NCBI GenBank assembly: GCA_963737065.1
Contig: CAVTRC010000001.1
Location: 1,312,001-1,376,000, forward strand
Length of the DNA stretch: 64,000 bases
Direction of reading: 5' to 3'
From: Candidatus Eremiobacteria bacterium
GTDB lineage: Bacteria; Vulcanimicrobiota; Vulcanimicrobiia; Vulcanimicrobiales; Vulcanimicrobiaceae
The translations under genes were made by a program, and so were the position numbers. Shown one piece after another: positions 1 to 11,400 of the stretch. Numbering within the stretch: the first letter of the stretch is position 1; each line of letters begins with the position of its first letter. The notes under the pieces are model-generated. The model had not been told where the DNA came from. It did no database searches and was given only the letters and a program-made list of their open reading frames with translations.

Positions 1-918
1 ATGGTGACCGATGTCGGCGGCCTCGGCGATCAATCGTTCAACGATTCCGCCTACCGCGGGCTGCTCGCGGCGCGCACGAAGCTCGGCGCGTACGTGCAGG
101 TTCTACAATCGCGTTCCGCCGCGGATTATCAGCCGAACCTCAACGCGCTCACGAATCTTCATTACGGGATGATCTACGCCATCGGGTTCTTGATGGGACT
201 CGACTTAGATTCGGTCGCGAAGGAGCATCCGTCGCAACGCTATGCGATCATCGACGCGGTCGTGGACGATCGGAACGTCACGTCAATCACGTTTCGCGAA
301 CAAGACGGATCGTTTCTCGCCGGGGCGCTGGCGGCGATGGTGAGCAAGAATCACCACATCGGCTTTCTGGGCGGCGCCGATATTCCGCTGATCGAAAAGT
401 TTGAGGCGGGGTATACGGCTGGTGCGCGCGAGATCGATCCGTCCATTCAAGTCGACGTGAAATACGCCGGAAGTTTCGACGATGTCGCGGCGGGCAAAGA
501 GCTTGCGAATCTGCTCTTCAACGGCGGCGCGGACATCGTCTTTACCGCAGCGGGAAAAGTGGGCCTCGGTGCGATCGAAGCTGCGAAGGCGCGCGACGGT
601 GATTTCATCATCGGCGTCGATTCGAACCAAGACGCGCTTGCGCCGGGCAAAGTTCTAACGTCAATGGTCAAAAAAGTCGACGTCGCCGTGTTTGACGTCG
701 CGAGATCACTGCGTGACGGCCATCCGATGAGCGGACACGTCGTCTTCGGTCTCAAGGACGGGGCAATCGGTTTGACGGATTTCGCGTATACCAAAGCGTA
801 TGTCGACCCGGCGCGGCGAGCGCGGCTTGCGGCGATCCAACGCGCGATCGTGAGCGGCCGGATCTCACCGCCTGACTCACGCGCTGCGCTCGCCGCGTTC
901 AAGCCGGTAGCACTGTAG
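1..918 (+). CDS. BMP-family ABC transporter substrate-binding protein (nucleoside/purine), probably 5'-truncated by the window edge
   Basis: DVGGLGDQSFN, GSFLAGALAAM, IGVDSNQ and TSMVKKVD motifs; first gene of an ABC operon; no signal peptide visible. Confidence 0.9.
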   Translation: MVTDVGGLGDQSFNDSAYRGLLAARTKLGAYVQVLQSRSAADYQPNLNALTNLHYGMIYAIGFLMGLDLDSVAKEHPSQRYAIIDAVVDDRNVTSITFREQDGSFLAGALAAMVSKNHHIGFLGGADIPLIEKFEAGYTAGAREIDPSIQVDVKYAGSFDDVAAGKELANLLFNGGADIVFTAAGKVGLGAIEAAKARDGDFIIGVDSNQDALAPGKVLTSMVKKVDVAVFDVARSLRDGHPMSGHVVFGLKDGAIGLTDFAYTKAYVDPARRARLAAIQRAIVSGRISPPDSRAALAAFKPVAL

Positions 919-919
919 C

Positions 920-2311
920 GTGAACCGTGAGCCTGCGCTCGAACTGCGTTCGATTCGCAAAGCGTTTCCCGGCGTGGTCGCGGTGGACGGGGCGAGTCTT
1001 GCACTCTATCCCGGCGAGATTCACGCGCTCGTCGGCGAGAACGGTGCAGGCAAATCAACGCTTTCCGCGATTGCGTTCGGCGAACTAAAGCCCGATGGCG
1101 GAACGGTGAGCGCGCGCGGAACCGTTGGGCTCGTTCATCAGCATTTCGAGTTGGTCGGACGTCTGCGCGTCTGGGAGAACGTCCTGCTCGGACGCGAACC
1201 GCGTCGCGGATGGAGAATTGATGCGCGCGCGGCGCGAGAGCGCGTGCGGAAACTTGCGGATCGCAACGGCCTGGAGATCGATCCCGACGCGGTGGTGGAG
1301 ACGCTACCGGTCGGCGTGCAACAGCGCGTCGAACTGCTGCGCGAATTGGATCGTGAACCGTCGGTGCTGCTGCTCGATGAACCGACGGCCGCATTAGCAC
1401 CGGCTGAAATCGCGTCATTCTTCCAAACGGTAAAAGCGCTCGCCGCGCGCGGCACCGCGATCATGATCGTGACGCATAAACTGCAAGAAGTGATCGCGTA
1501 TTCCTCGACGGTCACGGTGATGCGGCACGGAAAGATCGTCGCCTCAATGACGACGGCTTCGACGAGCTCCGATACAATCGCGCAAGCAATGGTCGGCGGC
1601 CGCATTCCCGCGGTTGCGCAGCGTGAAGCGCGCCCGCTGGAACCGTGTTTGTCGGTTCGTACGAACGAGTTTTCGCTCGACGTACGCTCGGGTGAGATCG
1701 TCGGAATCGCGGGTGTTGAAGGCAACGGCCAAACCGCGCTCGCGGACAGCATCGCAGGCGTGATCCCGCATGATGGTACGATCGCGATCGAACGCGCCGG
1801 TCGCCCAGCGCTCGGCGTGATTGCGCAGGACCGGCAAGCACAAGGCCTCGTGATGGGATGGTCGATCGTCGACAACGTGATGCTCGGACGTCAGCAGGCG
1901 TTACGACGCGGTGCACTGCTCGATCGGAGGCGCGCGCGCGTCGACGCGCAGTCGATCGTGCAACGCTTCGACGTTCGCACGGCAAACCTCGACGTCGCCG
2001 TCAAAACGCTTTCCGGCGGTAATCAGCAAAAAGTTGTCGTCGGACGCGCGCTGATCGACGAACCGGCGCTCGTCATTGCATACAATCCGACGCGCGGGAT
2101 CGACGTCGGCGCGGCCGCGCTCGTCCAGTCGCGACTGATCGAAGCTCGCAACCGCGGTTGCGCGGTTCTGTTGATCTCTTTTGAACTCGACGAATTGCTC
2201 GCGATTGCGGACCGCATCGCGGTCATGTATCGCGGGCGCATCACCGGCGAATTCGATCGCAGTGTGTTCGACCGTTCGGCGATCGGACGACTCATGGCCG
2301 GCCTCTCGTGA
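920..2311 (+). CDS. Sugar/nucleoside ABC transporter ATP-binding protein with two ATPase domains
   Basis: Walker A GENGAGKST, LLLDEPT, second-domain LSGGNQQK and PTRGIDVG. Confidence 0.93.
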   Translation: MNREPALELRSIRKAFPGVVAVDGASLALYPGEIHALVGENGAGKSTLSAIAFGELKPDGGTVSARGTVGLVHQHFELVGRLRVWENVLLGREPRRGWRIDARAARERVRKLADRNGLEIDPDAVVETLPVGVQQRVELLRELDREPSVLLLDEPTAALAPAEIASFFQTVKALAARGTAIMIVTHKLQEVIAYSSTVTVMRHGKIVASMTTASTSSDTIAQAMVGGRIPAVAQREARPLEPCLSVRTNEFSLDVRSGEIVGIAGVEGNGQTALADSIAGVIPHDGTIAIERAGRPALGVIAQDRQAQGLVMGWSIVDNVMLGRQQALRRGALLDRRRARVDAQSIVQRFDVRTANLDVAVKTLSGGNQQKVVVGRALIDEPALVIAYNPTRGIDVGAAALVQSRLIEARNRGCAVLLISFELDELLAIADRIAVMYRGRITGEFDRSVFDRSAIGRLMAGLS

Positions 2312-3330
2312 ACCGATTGAATCGTTTTGCTCCGCTCGGCGCCGCGCTGTTGGTTGTCGTTCTCATGTCGCTCGCGATGATCGTCGCGGGCACGAGTCCG
2401 ATCGAGGGATTCTCGGCGCTCCTGACCGGCGCGCTCGGCGGGCGCAACGAGCTTGGTGAAACGCTCGTGGCGACGACCGCGCTACTCTTTCCCGCGCTCG
2501 GGATTTGCTTGGCATTCCGCGCGGGGCTCTTCAACATCGGAGCCGAGGGACAACTCGTTATGGGTGCGCTGCTTGCGGGCGCCGCCGGCGCGCAGATGCA
2601 CGTAGCGGCGCCGGTTGCGATCCCGATCATGCTGCTGCTCGGTGCGCTCGGCGGCGGCGTGTGGGGCGGTATCGCGGGATGGATGAAGGCCCGTTTCAAC
2701 GCAAATGAGATCATCTCGACGCTGATGCTCAACTTTGTCGCGGCGTCGTTCGCGCTGACGCTCGTCAGCGGCCCGCTGAAGGGCCCGCTTGCAACCGGCG
2801 CGGAGACGGCGTGGCTGCCGGCACAGTATTGGCTGCCGACGTTAATTCCCGGCACACGTCTCTCCGCTGCGCTCCTCCTCGCGCTTGCAATCGCCGGCGT
2901 ACTCGCTTTTGTTTTTCGCGCGACGGTGTTCGGATACGAATTGAGTGCGGCCGGTGAAGCGCCGGAAGCCGCGCGGCGCAACGGCATCAACATCGAGCGG
3001 CTGACGTGGCTCTCGTTGACGCTCTCGGGTGCGATCGCGGGTCTCGGCGGCGCTTCCATCGTCACCGGTGAACTGCATCGCTTCAACACGCAACTCTCGC
3101 CCGGCTACGGCTTTACGGCAATTGCAGTCGCCCTCGTCGGCGATTTGCAGCCGCTATGGATTTGCGTTGCGGCGTTCGGTTTCGGCATTCTGGAATCGGG
3201 CGGTCTCGCGATGCAGGCGAGCGCGCAGGTTCCGAAGGATGCGATTCACGTGATCGAAGGATTGATCATTCTCGTGCTCGCCGCGCGGCGTTATGTGGCG
3301 ACGCGCATCGAGAACGTGCAGGCCGCGTGA
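2308..3330 (+). CDS. ABC transporter permease (nucleoside type)
   Basis: GLFNIGAEGQ, NEIISTLMLNF and GYGFTAIAVALVG motifs; hydrophobic; GTGA overlap with the upstream gene. Confidence 0.92.
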   Translation: MNRLNRFAPLGAALLVVVLMSLAMIVAGTSPIEGFSALLTGALGGRNELGETLVATTALLFPALGICLAFRAGLFNIGAEGQLVMGALLAGAAGAQMHVAAPVAIPIMLLLGALGGGVWGGIAGWMKARFNANEIISTLMLNFVAASFALTLVSGPLKGPLATGAETAWLPAQYWLPTLIPGTRLSAALLLALAIAGVLAFVFRATVFGYELSAAGEAPEAARRNGINIERLTWLSLTLSGAIAGLGGASIVTGELHRFNTQLSPGYGFTAIAVALVGDLQPLWICVAAFGFGILESGGLAMQASAQVPKDAIHVIEGLIILVLAARRYVATRIENVQAA

Positions 3331-4187
3331 TGGAGATTCTCTCGGCGCTCGTCATACTGACGCTGATCAAGGCGACTCCGATCGTCTATGCGGCGCTCGG
3401 CGGCGTGATTTCCGAACGGTCCGGTGTGATCAACATCGGTCTCGAAGGCATGATGGCAGCGGGCGCGTTCACCGCCGCGCTGATCTCATATGCGACCAAC
3501 GTTCCAACGCTCGGTTTACTCGCCGGCATCGGAGCGGGCGCGATTGCCGGACTCGTTCTCGCGCTTGCCGCAACGCGCTTCAAAGTCGACCAAATCGTTG
3601 CCGGAACCGGCATCAACGTCATCTGCGCCGGCGGCGCTGCGTATGGCCTCGTTCTCGTCTTCAATCAACCTGGTGCGAGTAAAGAAGTCAACGCGCTTGG
3701 TCCGAATTACTGGGTGCTTGTCGCGCTCGCATTCGCGCTCGCAATCGCGATGCAGTGGGCGCTCTCACGCACGCCGTGGGGATTGCGCGTGCGCGCGTGC
3801 GGCGAAAATCCGCGATCCGTTGCCGCCGCGGGACTCGACCCGCTCGCGCTGCGAACCGTCGCCGTTACCTTGAGCGGCGCGCTCGCCGGTCTCGGCGGTG
3901 CGTTCCTCTCGATCGGCGAGCTGAATCTGTACAGCGACGGCATGACCGCGGGCCGCGGATTCATCGCACTCGCTGCCGTCATCTTCGGACGTTGGAATCC
4001 AATCGGCGCGACGGCTGCGTCCGTTGTGTTCGGATTGTTCGAGGCGTTGCAATACGTTCTGCAAGGAAAGATCTCATGGCTGCCGGCCGATGCGATGCAG
4101 GCGCTTCCGTATATCGCCGCGTTGATTGCGCTCGCAGGCGTTACCGGGCGCGTCCGCGCGCCTGCATCCGACGGCGTCCCCTATTGA
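3330..4187 (+). CDS. ABC transporter permease (nucleoside type)
   Basis: SERSGVINIGLEG and GRGFIALAAVIFGRW motifs; start placed at ATG 3330 (TGATG overlap). Confidence 0.92.
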   Translation: MEILSALVILTLIKATPIVYAALGGVISERSGVINIGLEGMMAAGAFTAALISYATNVPTLGLLAGIGAGAIAGLVLALAATRFKVDQIVAGTGINVICAGGAAYGLVLVFNQPGASKEVNALGPNYWVLVALAFALAIAMQWALSRTPWGLRVRACGENPRSVAAAGLDPLALRTVAVTLSGALAGLGGAFLSIGELNLYSDGMTAGRGFIALAAVIFGRWNPIGATAASVVFGLFEALQYVLQGKISWLPADAMQALPYIAALIALAGVTGRVRAPASDGVPY

Positions 4188-4241
4188 TCGTTGTCGTGCG
4201 CGATTGTTATAATTGCGCGCAACGTGGCCGATAAAAACGGT

Positions 4242-5183
4242 ATGGGTGTACGTCGCACTGTTGCGGCGCTCAGCGCTGCACTTTTGCTTGTAATCACGTA
4301 CGTTGCTCCCGCGCGTGCGATGGACGCTCCCGCCCCCGTTCGCGTGTTGAACAGCGGTCTGCGCGAACTTGCGGCCCGCTTGCCTGCATCCGCCGCCATT
4401 GAAGTCCTCGATCTCTCCACGGGCTTCCGCGCCGGTTATAACGCGAACGTCGCGATGCCGGCCGCCTCGACGATCAAAGTGCCCGTCATGGTGGAGGTAT
4501 TCCGTCAACTCGAAGACGGCCGCTTCGACCTGAACCGTCGCGTGACGCTGCTAGCAAGCGACAAAGATTACGGTTCCGGCAATCTGTGCGATGCGTCCGC
4601 GGGTAGTACGTATGCCGTCGCCCAGCTGCTCTCCAAGATGATCGATGTCAGCGACAACACGGCAACCAACATGTTGATCCGCCTCGTGGGGCGGCATCAC
4701 ATCAACGCGACGATGACGGATCTTGGTTTGCAACGCACGCATCTCTCGACAGACGTCCGCACCGAGAACTGGGCGGTCCGGACGGCCCTGCGGTCATCTC
4801 CCGCCGACATGGTTCGTCTGCTCGCATTGATGGCGCGCCGTCAGCTCGTCGACGAATGGTCATCCAATGAGATGATTTCCATCCTCGAAGACGACCAAAT
4901 CAACACGTTGCTCCCCGAACCGCTTCCGGTCGACGTACCGGTCGCACATAAGACGGGCAGCTTCTTCGACACGCTCAACGACGTCGGAATCGTATTCGAA
5001 GAAGACGCGCCGTACGTTATTGCGGTGATGACGACGCATCTGCCGTCGCTTTCCACCGGCCGAACGTTTATCCACTCGCTCTCGCGCATGGCGTTCCATG
5101 AAGAAGCGCAACTCGCGCGCTGGCGCACGGTGGCCGGGTGCCGAACCGGTCGCGGCCGGCACCGCAACCATTACGGCGCCTGA
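4242..5183 (+). CDS. Secreted serine hydrolase, class A beta-lactamase-like
   Basis: Signal peptide, then SxxK (ASTIK), SDN and KTG motifs; the C-terminus may be frameshifted (see findings). Confidence 0.85.
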   Translation: MGVRRTVAALSAALLLVITYVAPARAMDAPAPVRVLNSGLRELAARLPASAAIEVLDLSTGFRAGYNANVAMPAASTIKVPVMVEVFRQLEDGRFDLNRRVTLLASDKDYGSGNLCDASAGSTYAVAQLLSKMIDVSDNTATNMLIRLVGRHHINATMTDLGLQRTHLSTDVRTENWAVRTALRSSPADMVRLLALMARRQLVDEWSSNEMISILEDDQINTLLPEPLPVDVPVAHKTGSFFDTLNDVGIVFEEDAPYVIAVMTTHLPSLSTGRTFIHSLSRMAFHEEAQLARWRTVAGCRTGRGRHRNHYGA

Positions 5184-5290
5184 CGTCCGCTACTGGTCGA
5201 ACCCCTCCGACACCGACAACAACGCCGGCGGCGGTCGTTAGTCTCCTCCTAACCAGACACTTTGACGTTGCGCTCGATGCGATCGTCGCA

Positions 5291-8200
5291 TCAAAGGCCG
5301 GCGATGCGTTTCATTTCTGAGATGAGCGCTTCGGTTTGCGATTTGAGGGTTGTGTAGGCGTCTTGCTGTGCCGCTGTCGGCGCACGGTATGCGAGATCGA
5401 GAGAATTCATTTGGAACGCCAGATAGTCGCGCATACGCGACGGATAGACGGCGTCCGCTTCACTGGAATGGAACCGGAATTCGACGACCTGTCGGATCAC
5501 GCGATCGAGTTCCGATTGTTTGGCCGGTGATAACGTGCTGCGCTTTGCGAGCGCGGCGTTCGTCATCGAGTTCAAGGCATTGAGCAGGTCGGCGTATTGC
5601 GTGGCAAGCGCTAAGCGTGCCTGCAACGCATCCGGCGCGGGCGAGAACCGCGGATCGAGCTGAACCTTCAGCGGTTGCTTCACCATCGTGCCGCCGTAGC
5701 TGAGAACGACGGTGTAGTCGCCCGGCAGAACGGTAGGCCCGTCCATGCTATCGCGGAAGTCGTCGGTCGGGACGAGATGGGCGCCGTGAATCTCCACCGG
5801 AGGTGCGTAGCGTAAATCCCACTGGAACGCGTTCATTCCGGATTCCACCGCGGTTAAGCGCCCGAGATGATAGTTCGCAACGCTGATCGCGTCCATCGCG
5901 GTCAGTTCTTCGCCGCTGCGTTCTTTCGCTCGCTTATTTCTCAGCCGAAGCGTAAACGAACGTATCGTCCTGCCGCCGGAATCGACGAACGATAACGTCG
6001 CGGGCGTGCGTCCGCTATAGTCGCGCGGCAAATTGAAGTAGATCGCCGCGCCGTAGTCGGGATTATCGCCGGAATTCGCAAGGAAACCGCCGCCGCCGTA
6101 TGCATGCGTGATCCACGCCGTCTCCGGTTCGAACAGTTGCGCGGTTGACGTCTGCAGCGACGATGCGCGCGCCAGGTCCTCGACCAGCGCGAGGTTGTCG
6201 AGCACCCAGAATGAACGACCGTGCGTCGCGATGGCGACTTGACCTTGGCGTGCGTTGATCTGCAGATCGCGCACTTCGGTGACGGGAAGATTGAGCGAGA
6301 GTGGTTGCCACTGCGCTCCGCCGTCCAAACTGACATACACGGTGCTCCGCGTGCCGGCGAACAGAACGCGCGGTTCACGCGGATCGATTCGCACGGCAAA
6401 GACGGATTGATCTTCCGGAATTCCGTTCACCATCGGCGTCCAATGCGCCCCGTAATCCGTCGTCTTGTAGATATACGGACGCATATCGTCCCACATATAA
6501 CGGGATGCGCTGATGAACGCGGTCCCGGGATTGGTCTGCGACGGTTCGATGCTGCTGATCTGCGTCCACTCGCGCAGGCTCTTCGGCGTGACGTCCTTCC
6601 AGCTCGCGCCGCCGTCGGTCGTAACATGCACGAGCCCGTCCGCCGAACCCGTCCACATCACGTCCTTATTTGCGGGCGAAAGTCCGAGTGAGGCAATGTC
6701 CGGAAACGTCTCCGCACCGGTTTGGTCGGGATAAACCGGCCCTCCGCTCACGCCTTCCGTCGACGTATCGTTACGCGTGAGATCGGGGCTTATCGCCTTC
6801 CACGTTTGACCGTAGTCGTCGCTGCGGAAGACGACTTGCGATGTTTCGAAAAGCGTATGCGGCTCCGCGGACGAGAACATGACCGGATGCGTCCACCCGA
6901 AACGGTATTTCTGATCGATCGATGCGATGCCGGATTTGTAGACGGCGTACGGCGAAACGTTCTGCTCTTCGCCCGTCGCATAATCGAGTTGCGCGAGCGA
7001 ACTGTAGTAGCCCGCTCCGTACGTCACCGTCGGGTTTCGTGGATCGACCGCGACGTACGTGCTCTCGCCGAGCGCAACGGTATGAACGGTGTTGAGCCCG
7101 AGCCCTTCGTTTGACGCGCTCGGAAGCTCGAACGCGCCTTCGTCCTGTTGCGCGCCGTAGACATGGTACGGAAATTGCCCGTCGAGCGCGACGTGATAGA
7201 ACTGTCCCGTCGGCTGATTGTACGTCGTGCTGAACGTTTTGCCGCCGTCGAGCGACACGTTTGCACCGCCGTCGTCGCCGATGATCAATATCTTCGGATT
7301 GCGCGGATTGATCCAGACGATATGGTTGTCGCCGAGGCCCGGACCGAGCGGGTGCCACGTGCGGCCGCCGTCGGTCGTTTTGAAGACGCTATCGACTTCA
7401 GGCGCGTACGCAATCCTCCAATTCGTCGGGTCGACGTAAATCGCCATATAATAGAACGCGCGCTGACGGAGCTTCCACTCGTCGTTCATGCGCTTCCACG
7501 TCGCACCGGCGTCGTCGGAGCGAAACACTCCGCCGTCGTTCGCCTGGACGATCGCGTAGACGATACGCGCGTTATTCGGTGCAACGGCGACACCGATTTT
7601 GCCGAGCGTCCCGCGCGCAAAACCCGGATTGCTCGAGATTTTCTTCCAGTGCGCGCCGCCGTCGGTCGTCTTATACACCGCGCTGCCGGCACCGCCGCTC
7701 GTCAATCCCCACGGCGTTCGCTGCGCTTGCCACATCGTCGCGTATAAAACGTTCGAATTGTGCGCGTCCATGACGACGTTGTTCGCGCCGGTGTTCTCGT
7801 CGACGTAAAGGATCTTCTTCCACGTCTTGCCGCCGTCCGTCGTTTTATAGACGCCACGATCCGCGTTCGGTTTGAAGACATGTCCCATCGACGTCACGTA
7901 CACGATTTGCGGATCGTGCGGATCGATGACCAGTGAACTGGTCTGCCGCGTCTCACGCAAGCCGGCGTAATGCCATGTCTTGCCCGCGTCGGTCGATTTG
8001 TAAATACCGTCGCCGTTTGCGAAGTCTTGTCGGATATCGCTCTCGCCCGTTCCCGCGTAAACGATCTTCGAATTCGACGGTGCAACGGCAATCGCACCGA
8101 TGCTGTTGGAAACGCTTCCCATCTGACCGTCGGTAATGTTTTCCCACGTCGTACCGGCGTTTTCGCTCTTCCAGACACCGCCTTGCACGGCGCCCATGTA

Positions 8201-8386
8201 GAACAGATTCGGTTGATCCGGCACGCCGGCTACGGCCACGACGCGTCCGCCGACGTACGGACCGATGCTGCGCCATTCCAGCTTACTCAGCAGTGTTTGC
8301 GCCGGTGAATTCGATGGTGCCGAAAAAACGGCACCAGGCGCCGCGGCAAATGCCGCGGCGAGAACACTTGCAACAACGCGTTTCAT
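5291..8386 (-). CDS. Secreted VPS10/BNR (Asp-box) repeat beta-propeller protein, glycosyl-hydrolase-like; paralog 2
   Basis: Signal peptide MKRVVASVL..., WRSIGP.GGR motif, many S/TxDxGxTW Asp-boxes; start at ATG 8386 by analogy to the paralog. Confidence 0.85.
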   Translation of the reverse strand: MKRVVASVLAAAFAAAPGAVFSAPSNSPAQTLLSKLEWRSIGPYVGGRVVAVAGVPDQPNLFYMGAVQGGVWKSENAGTTWENITDGQMGSVSNSIGAIAVAPSNSKIVYAGTGESDIRQDFANGDGIYKSTDAGKTWHYAGLRETRQTSSLVIDPHDPQIVYVTSMGHVFKPNADRGVYKTTDGGKTWKKILYVDENTGANNVVMDAHNSNVLYATMWQAQRTPWGLTSGGAGSAVYKTTDGGAHWKKISSNPGFARGTLGKIGVAVAPNNARIVYAIVQANDGGVFRSDDAGATWKRMNDEWKLRQRAFYYMAIYVDPTNWRIAYAPEVDSVFKTTDGGRTWHPLGPGLGDNHIVWINPRNPKILIIGDDGGANVSLDGGKTFSTTYNQPTGQFYHVALDGQFPYHVYGAQQDEGAFELPSASNEGLGLNTVHTVALGESTYVAVDPRNPTVTYGAGYYSSLAQLDYATGEEQNVSPYAVYKSGIASIDQKYRFGWTHPVMFSSAEPHTLFETSQVVFRSDDYGQTWKAISPDLTRNDTSTEGVSGGPVYPDQTGAETFPDIASLGLSPANKDVMWTGSADGLVHVTTDGGASWKDVTPKSLREWTQISSIEPSQTNPGTAFISASRYMWDDMRPYIYKTTDYGAHWTPMVNGIPEDQSVFAVRIDPREPRVLFAGTRSTVYVSLDGGAQWQPLSLNLPVTEVRDLQINARQGQVAIATHGRSFWVLDNLALVEDLARASSLQTSTAQLFEPETAWITHAYGGGGFLANSGDNPDYGAAIYFNLPRDYSGRTPATLSFVDSGGRTIRSFTLRLRNKRAKERSGEELTAMDAISVANYHLGRLTAVESGMNAFQWDLRYAPPVEIHGAHLVPTDDFRDSMDGPTVLPGDYTVVLSYGGTMVKQPLKVQLDPRFSPAPDALQARLALATQYADLLNALNSMTNAALAKRSTLSPAKQSELDRVIRQVVEFRFHSSEADAVYPSRMRDYLAFQMNSLDLAYRAPTAAQQDAYTTLKSQTEALISEMKRIAGL

Positions 8387-8432
8387 GCTCACCGCTATAC
8401 CGCCGGGTCGTTCAGGTTCCTTTATAAAAACG

Positions 8433-8457
8433 AAGCCCGCCGGATGACGGCGGGCTT
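8433..8457 (-). terminator. Intrinsic terminator after VPS10 paralog 1
   Basis: Hairpin AAGCCCGCCG-gatga-CGGCGGGCTT, followed on the minus strand by CGTTTTTAT. Confidence 0.7.
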
Positions 8458-8492
8458 TGCGTTGTCCTTCAACAACGTCAAGATAACACCGG

Positions 8493-11400
8493 TCACAAAC
8501 CGGCAGCTGCTTTGATCCGTGCGATCGCCGCGTCGGCTTGATTCTCGAGTTGTTTGGCTGCATCTTGTTCTGCAGCGGTCGGTGCCGAATACGAGAGATC
8601 GAGCGAGTTCATCAGCATCGCGAGGTGGTCGCGAAGCTTGGACGGCAACATGATGTCGGCTTCGCTCGATCGATATCGCGGTTCGTACACCGACGTCACC
8701 GCCATTTCAACGGCGGCGCGTTTCGACGCAGCCAACGACGCCATCTTTCTCTGCGCGGCATTGACCGTTGAGTTCAACTCGTCGATCTTATTCGATAGCT
8801 CCATCGCGAGGGATAGCCGCGACGGCAGTTCATCGGCTGCGGGATTGAAGCGCGGGTCCAGTTGAATCTTGAAGGACGCCTTGCTCGCGTTACCGCCGTA
8901 ATTCAACACGACGGTATAGTCGCCGGGAAGCGTCGTTGGCCCGACGAGATCGTCGCGAAAGTCTTCGGTCGGCACAATATGCTGACCAACGATCTCCGCT
9001 GCGGGAGCGTACCGCATATCCCACCCGAACCTGTTCATTCCGGGTTCGACCGCGGTCGATTGTGAGAGGTGATAGTTCGCCACACTAATCGCGTCCATCG
9101 CCGTCAACTCCCAGCCCTCGTAGTGTTTTGCTTTCTTGTTCTTCAAATGCAAGTCGAACGTGCGAATCGTTTTACCGTTTGCATCTTGGAATGAAAGCGT
9201 CACCGGCGTGCGGCCGTTGTAGTTCGCCGGCAAACTGAAGAAGATGGTCGCGCCGTAATCCGGATTGTCTCCCGACGGCCCGAAGCTGCCGCCGCCGTAT
9301 GCGTGCGTGAGCCAGGCGGTTTCCGGCTGGAAGACTTGCGCGGTTGACGCGGACGGTGAGGTTTCCCGTGCAACATCTTCGATTTGCTGTAGATGATCGA
9401 GCGCCCAGAACGAACGGCCGTGCGTTGCAATTGCGACTTCGCCTTCGCGCGCGTTGATTGCAATATCGCGCACTTCGACGGGCGGCAGATTCAACGCGAG
9501 CGACTGCCACGATGCTCCGGCGTTGAGGCTGACATAGACGCGACTGCGCGTACCGGCGAACATGACGCGCGGTTCGCGCGGGTCAATGCGCACCGCATAG
9601 ACCGATTGATCGGAGGGAATGCCGTTCGTCATTTCGGTCCAGTTTGCGCCGCAATCCGTCGTTTTAAAAATGTACGGACGCATATCGTCCCACATATAGC
9701 GTGACGCCGTAACCCACGCGGTGCACTGCTCGGTTTGCGATGGTTCGAAGCTGCTGATCCGGGACCATTGCGAACCAAGTTGCTTCGGCGTTACGTTTTT
9801 CCAACTGCTTCCACCGTTTTGCGTGACGTGTACGAGTCCATCGGCGGAGCCGGCCCAGATAATATCTTTGTTGACCGGCGAAAAACCGAGCGATGCGACG
9901 TCGGGGAACGTCTCCGCACCGGTTTGATCCCAATACACGTTACCGCCGCTCGGGCCTTCGGTCGATTTGTCGTTACGCGTCAAATCGGGGCTGATCACTT
10001 TCCACGTGCGTCCGTAGTCGTCGCTGCGGAACACGACCTGCGCCGCCTCGAAGAGCGTGTGCGGTTCGGCGGGTGAGAACATGACCGGGTGCGTCCACCC
10101 GAAGCGGTACTTCGTTTCCGCCGCGGAGTGACCCGGAAGGTAGATCGCCCACGGCGTGACGTTCTTTTCGTCGCCGGTGGCAGTGTTCAGACGCGCGAGC
10201 ACGCTGTAATACGCGCCGCCGTACGTCACTTTCGGATCGGTTGGATCAACGGCGACGTACGTGCTTTCACCAAGCGCGACGCCGTGCACGACGTTCAATC
10301 CCAACCCCTCGTTCGATGCACTCGGAATTTCGAACGCGCCCGCGTCCTGCATCGCGCCGTACATGTGGTAGGGGAATTGCCCGTCGAGCACGATGTGGTA
10401 AAACTGCGAGAGCGGTTGATTCGTCGTCGTGCTGAATGTCTTTCCACCGTCGACCGAAACGTTTGCTCCACCGTCGTCGCCGATGATGAGCACCTTCGGA
10501 TTGCGGGGATTGACCCAAATGATGTGGTTGTCGCCGAGTCCGGGTCCGAGCGGCTTCCACGTGTGACCGCCGTCGGTAGTTTTAAAGACGCTATCGACGT
10601 TGGGCGCGTAGGCAACCTTCCAATTCGTCGGATCGACGTAGATCGCCATATAGTAGAACGCGCGCTGCCGGAGTTTCCATTCGTCGTTCACGCGCGTCCA
10701 GTTGGCACCGCCGTTATCGGAGCGGAAGACGCCGCCGTCTTTCGCCTGGACGATCGCATACACCACGTTCGAGTTGTTGGGAGCGACGGCAACGCCCATC
10801 TTGCCCAACTCACCCGTAGCGAAGCCCGGATTCGTGGAAATCTTCTTCCACGTTTTGCCCGCGTCCGTCGTCTTGTAGATCGCGCTGCCCGGGCCGCCGC
10901 TGTTCAACGTCCACGGCGTGCGTTGCGCTTGCCACATCGCGGCGTACAAGACGTTCGGATTCTTTGCGTCCATCACGATCGTGTTTGCGCCGGTGCGCTC
11001 GTCGACGAACAGAATCTTCGCCCATGTCTTCCCGCCGTCGGTCGTCTTATATACGCCGCGCTCGGAATTCGGCTCGAAGACGTGACCCATCGACGTCGCA
11101 TACGCCACGTCCGCATTACGCGGATCTATGACGATGGAACTCGTCTGACGCGTGTCGCTCAAACCAGCGTACTTCCACGTGCTTCCGGCGTCGGTCGATT
11201 TGTACACGCCTTCGCCGTTGGCCCAGTCGCCGCGGATGTCGCTTTCGCCCGTGCCGACGTAGATGACCTTAGAATTTGACGGCGCTACCGCAATCGCGCC
11301 GATGCTGTGCGAGAGCGAGCCCATTTTGCCGTCGGTGATGTTATCCCAGGAACTGCCGTAGTTTTCGCTCTTCCAGACGCCGCCTTGAACGCCGCCCATG

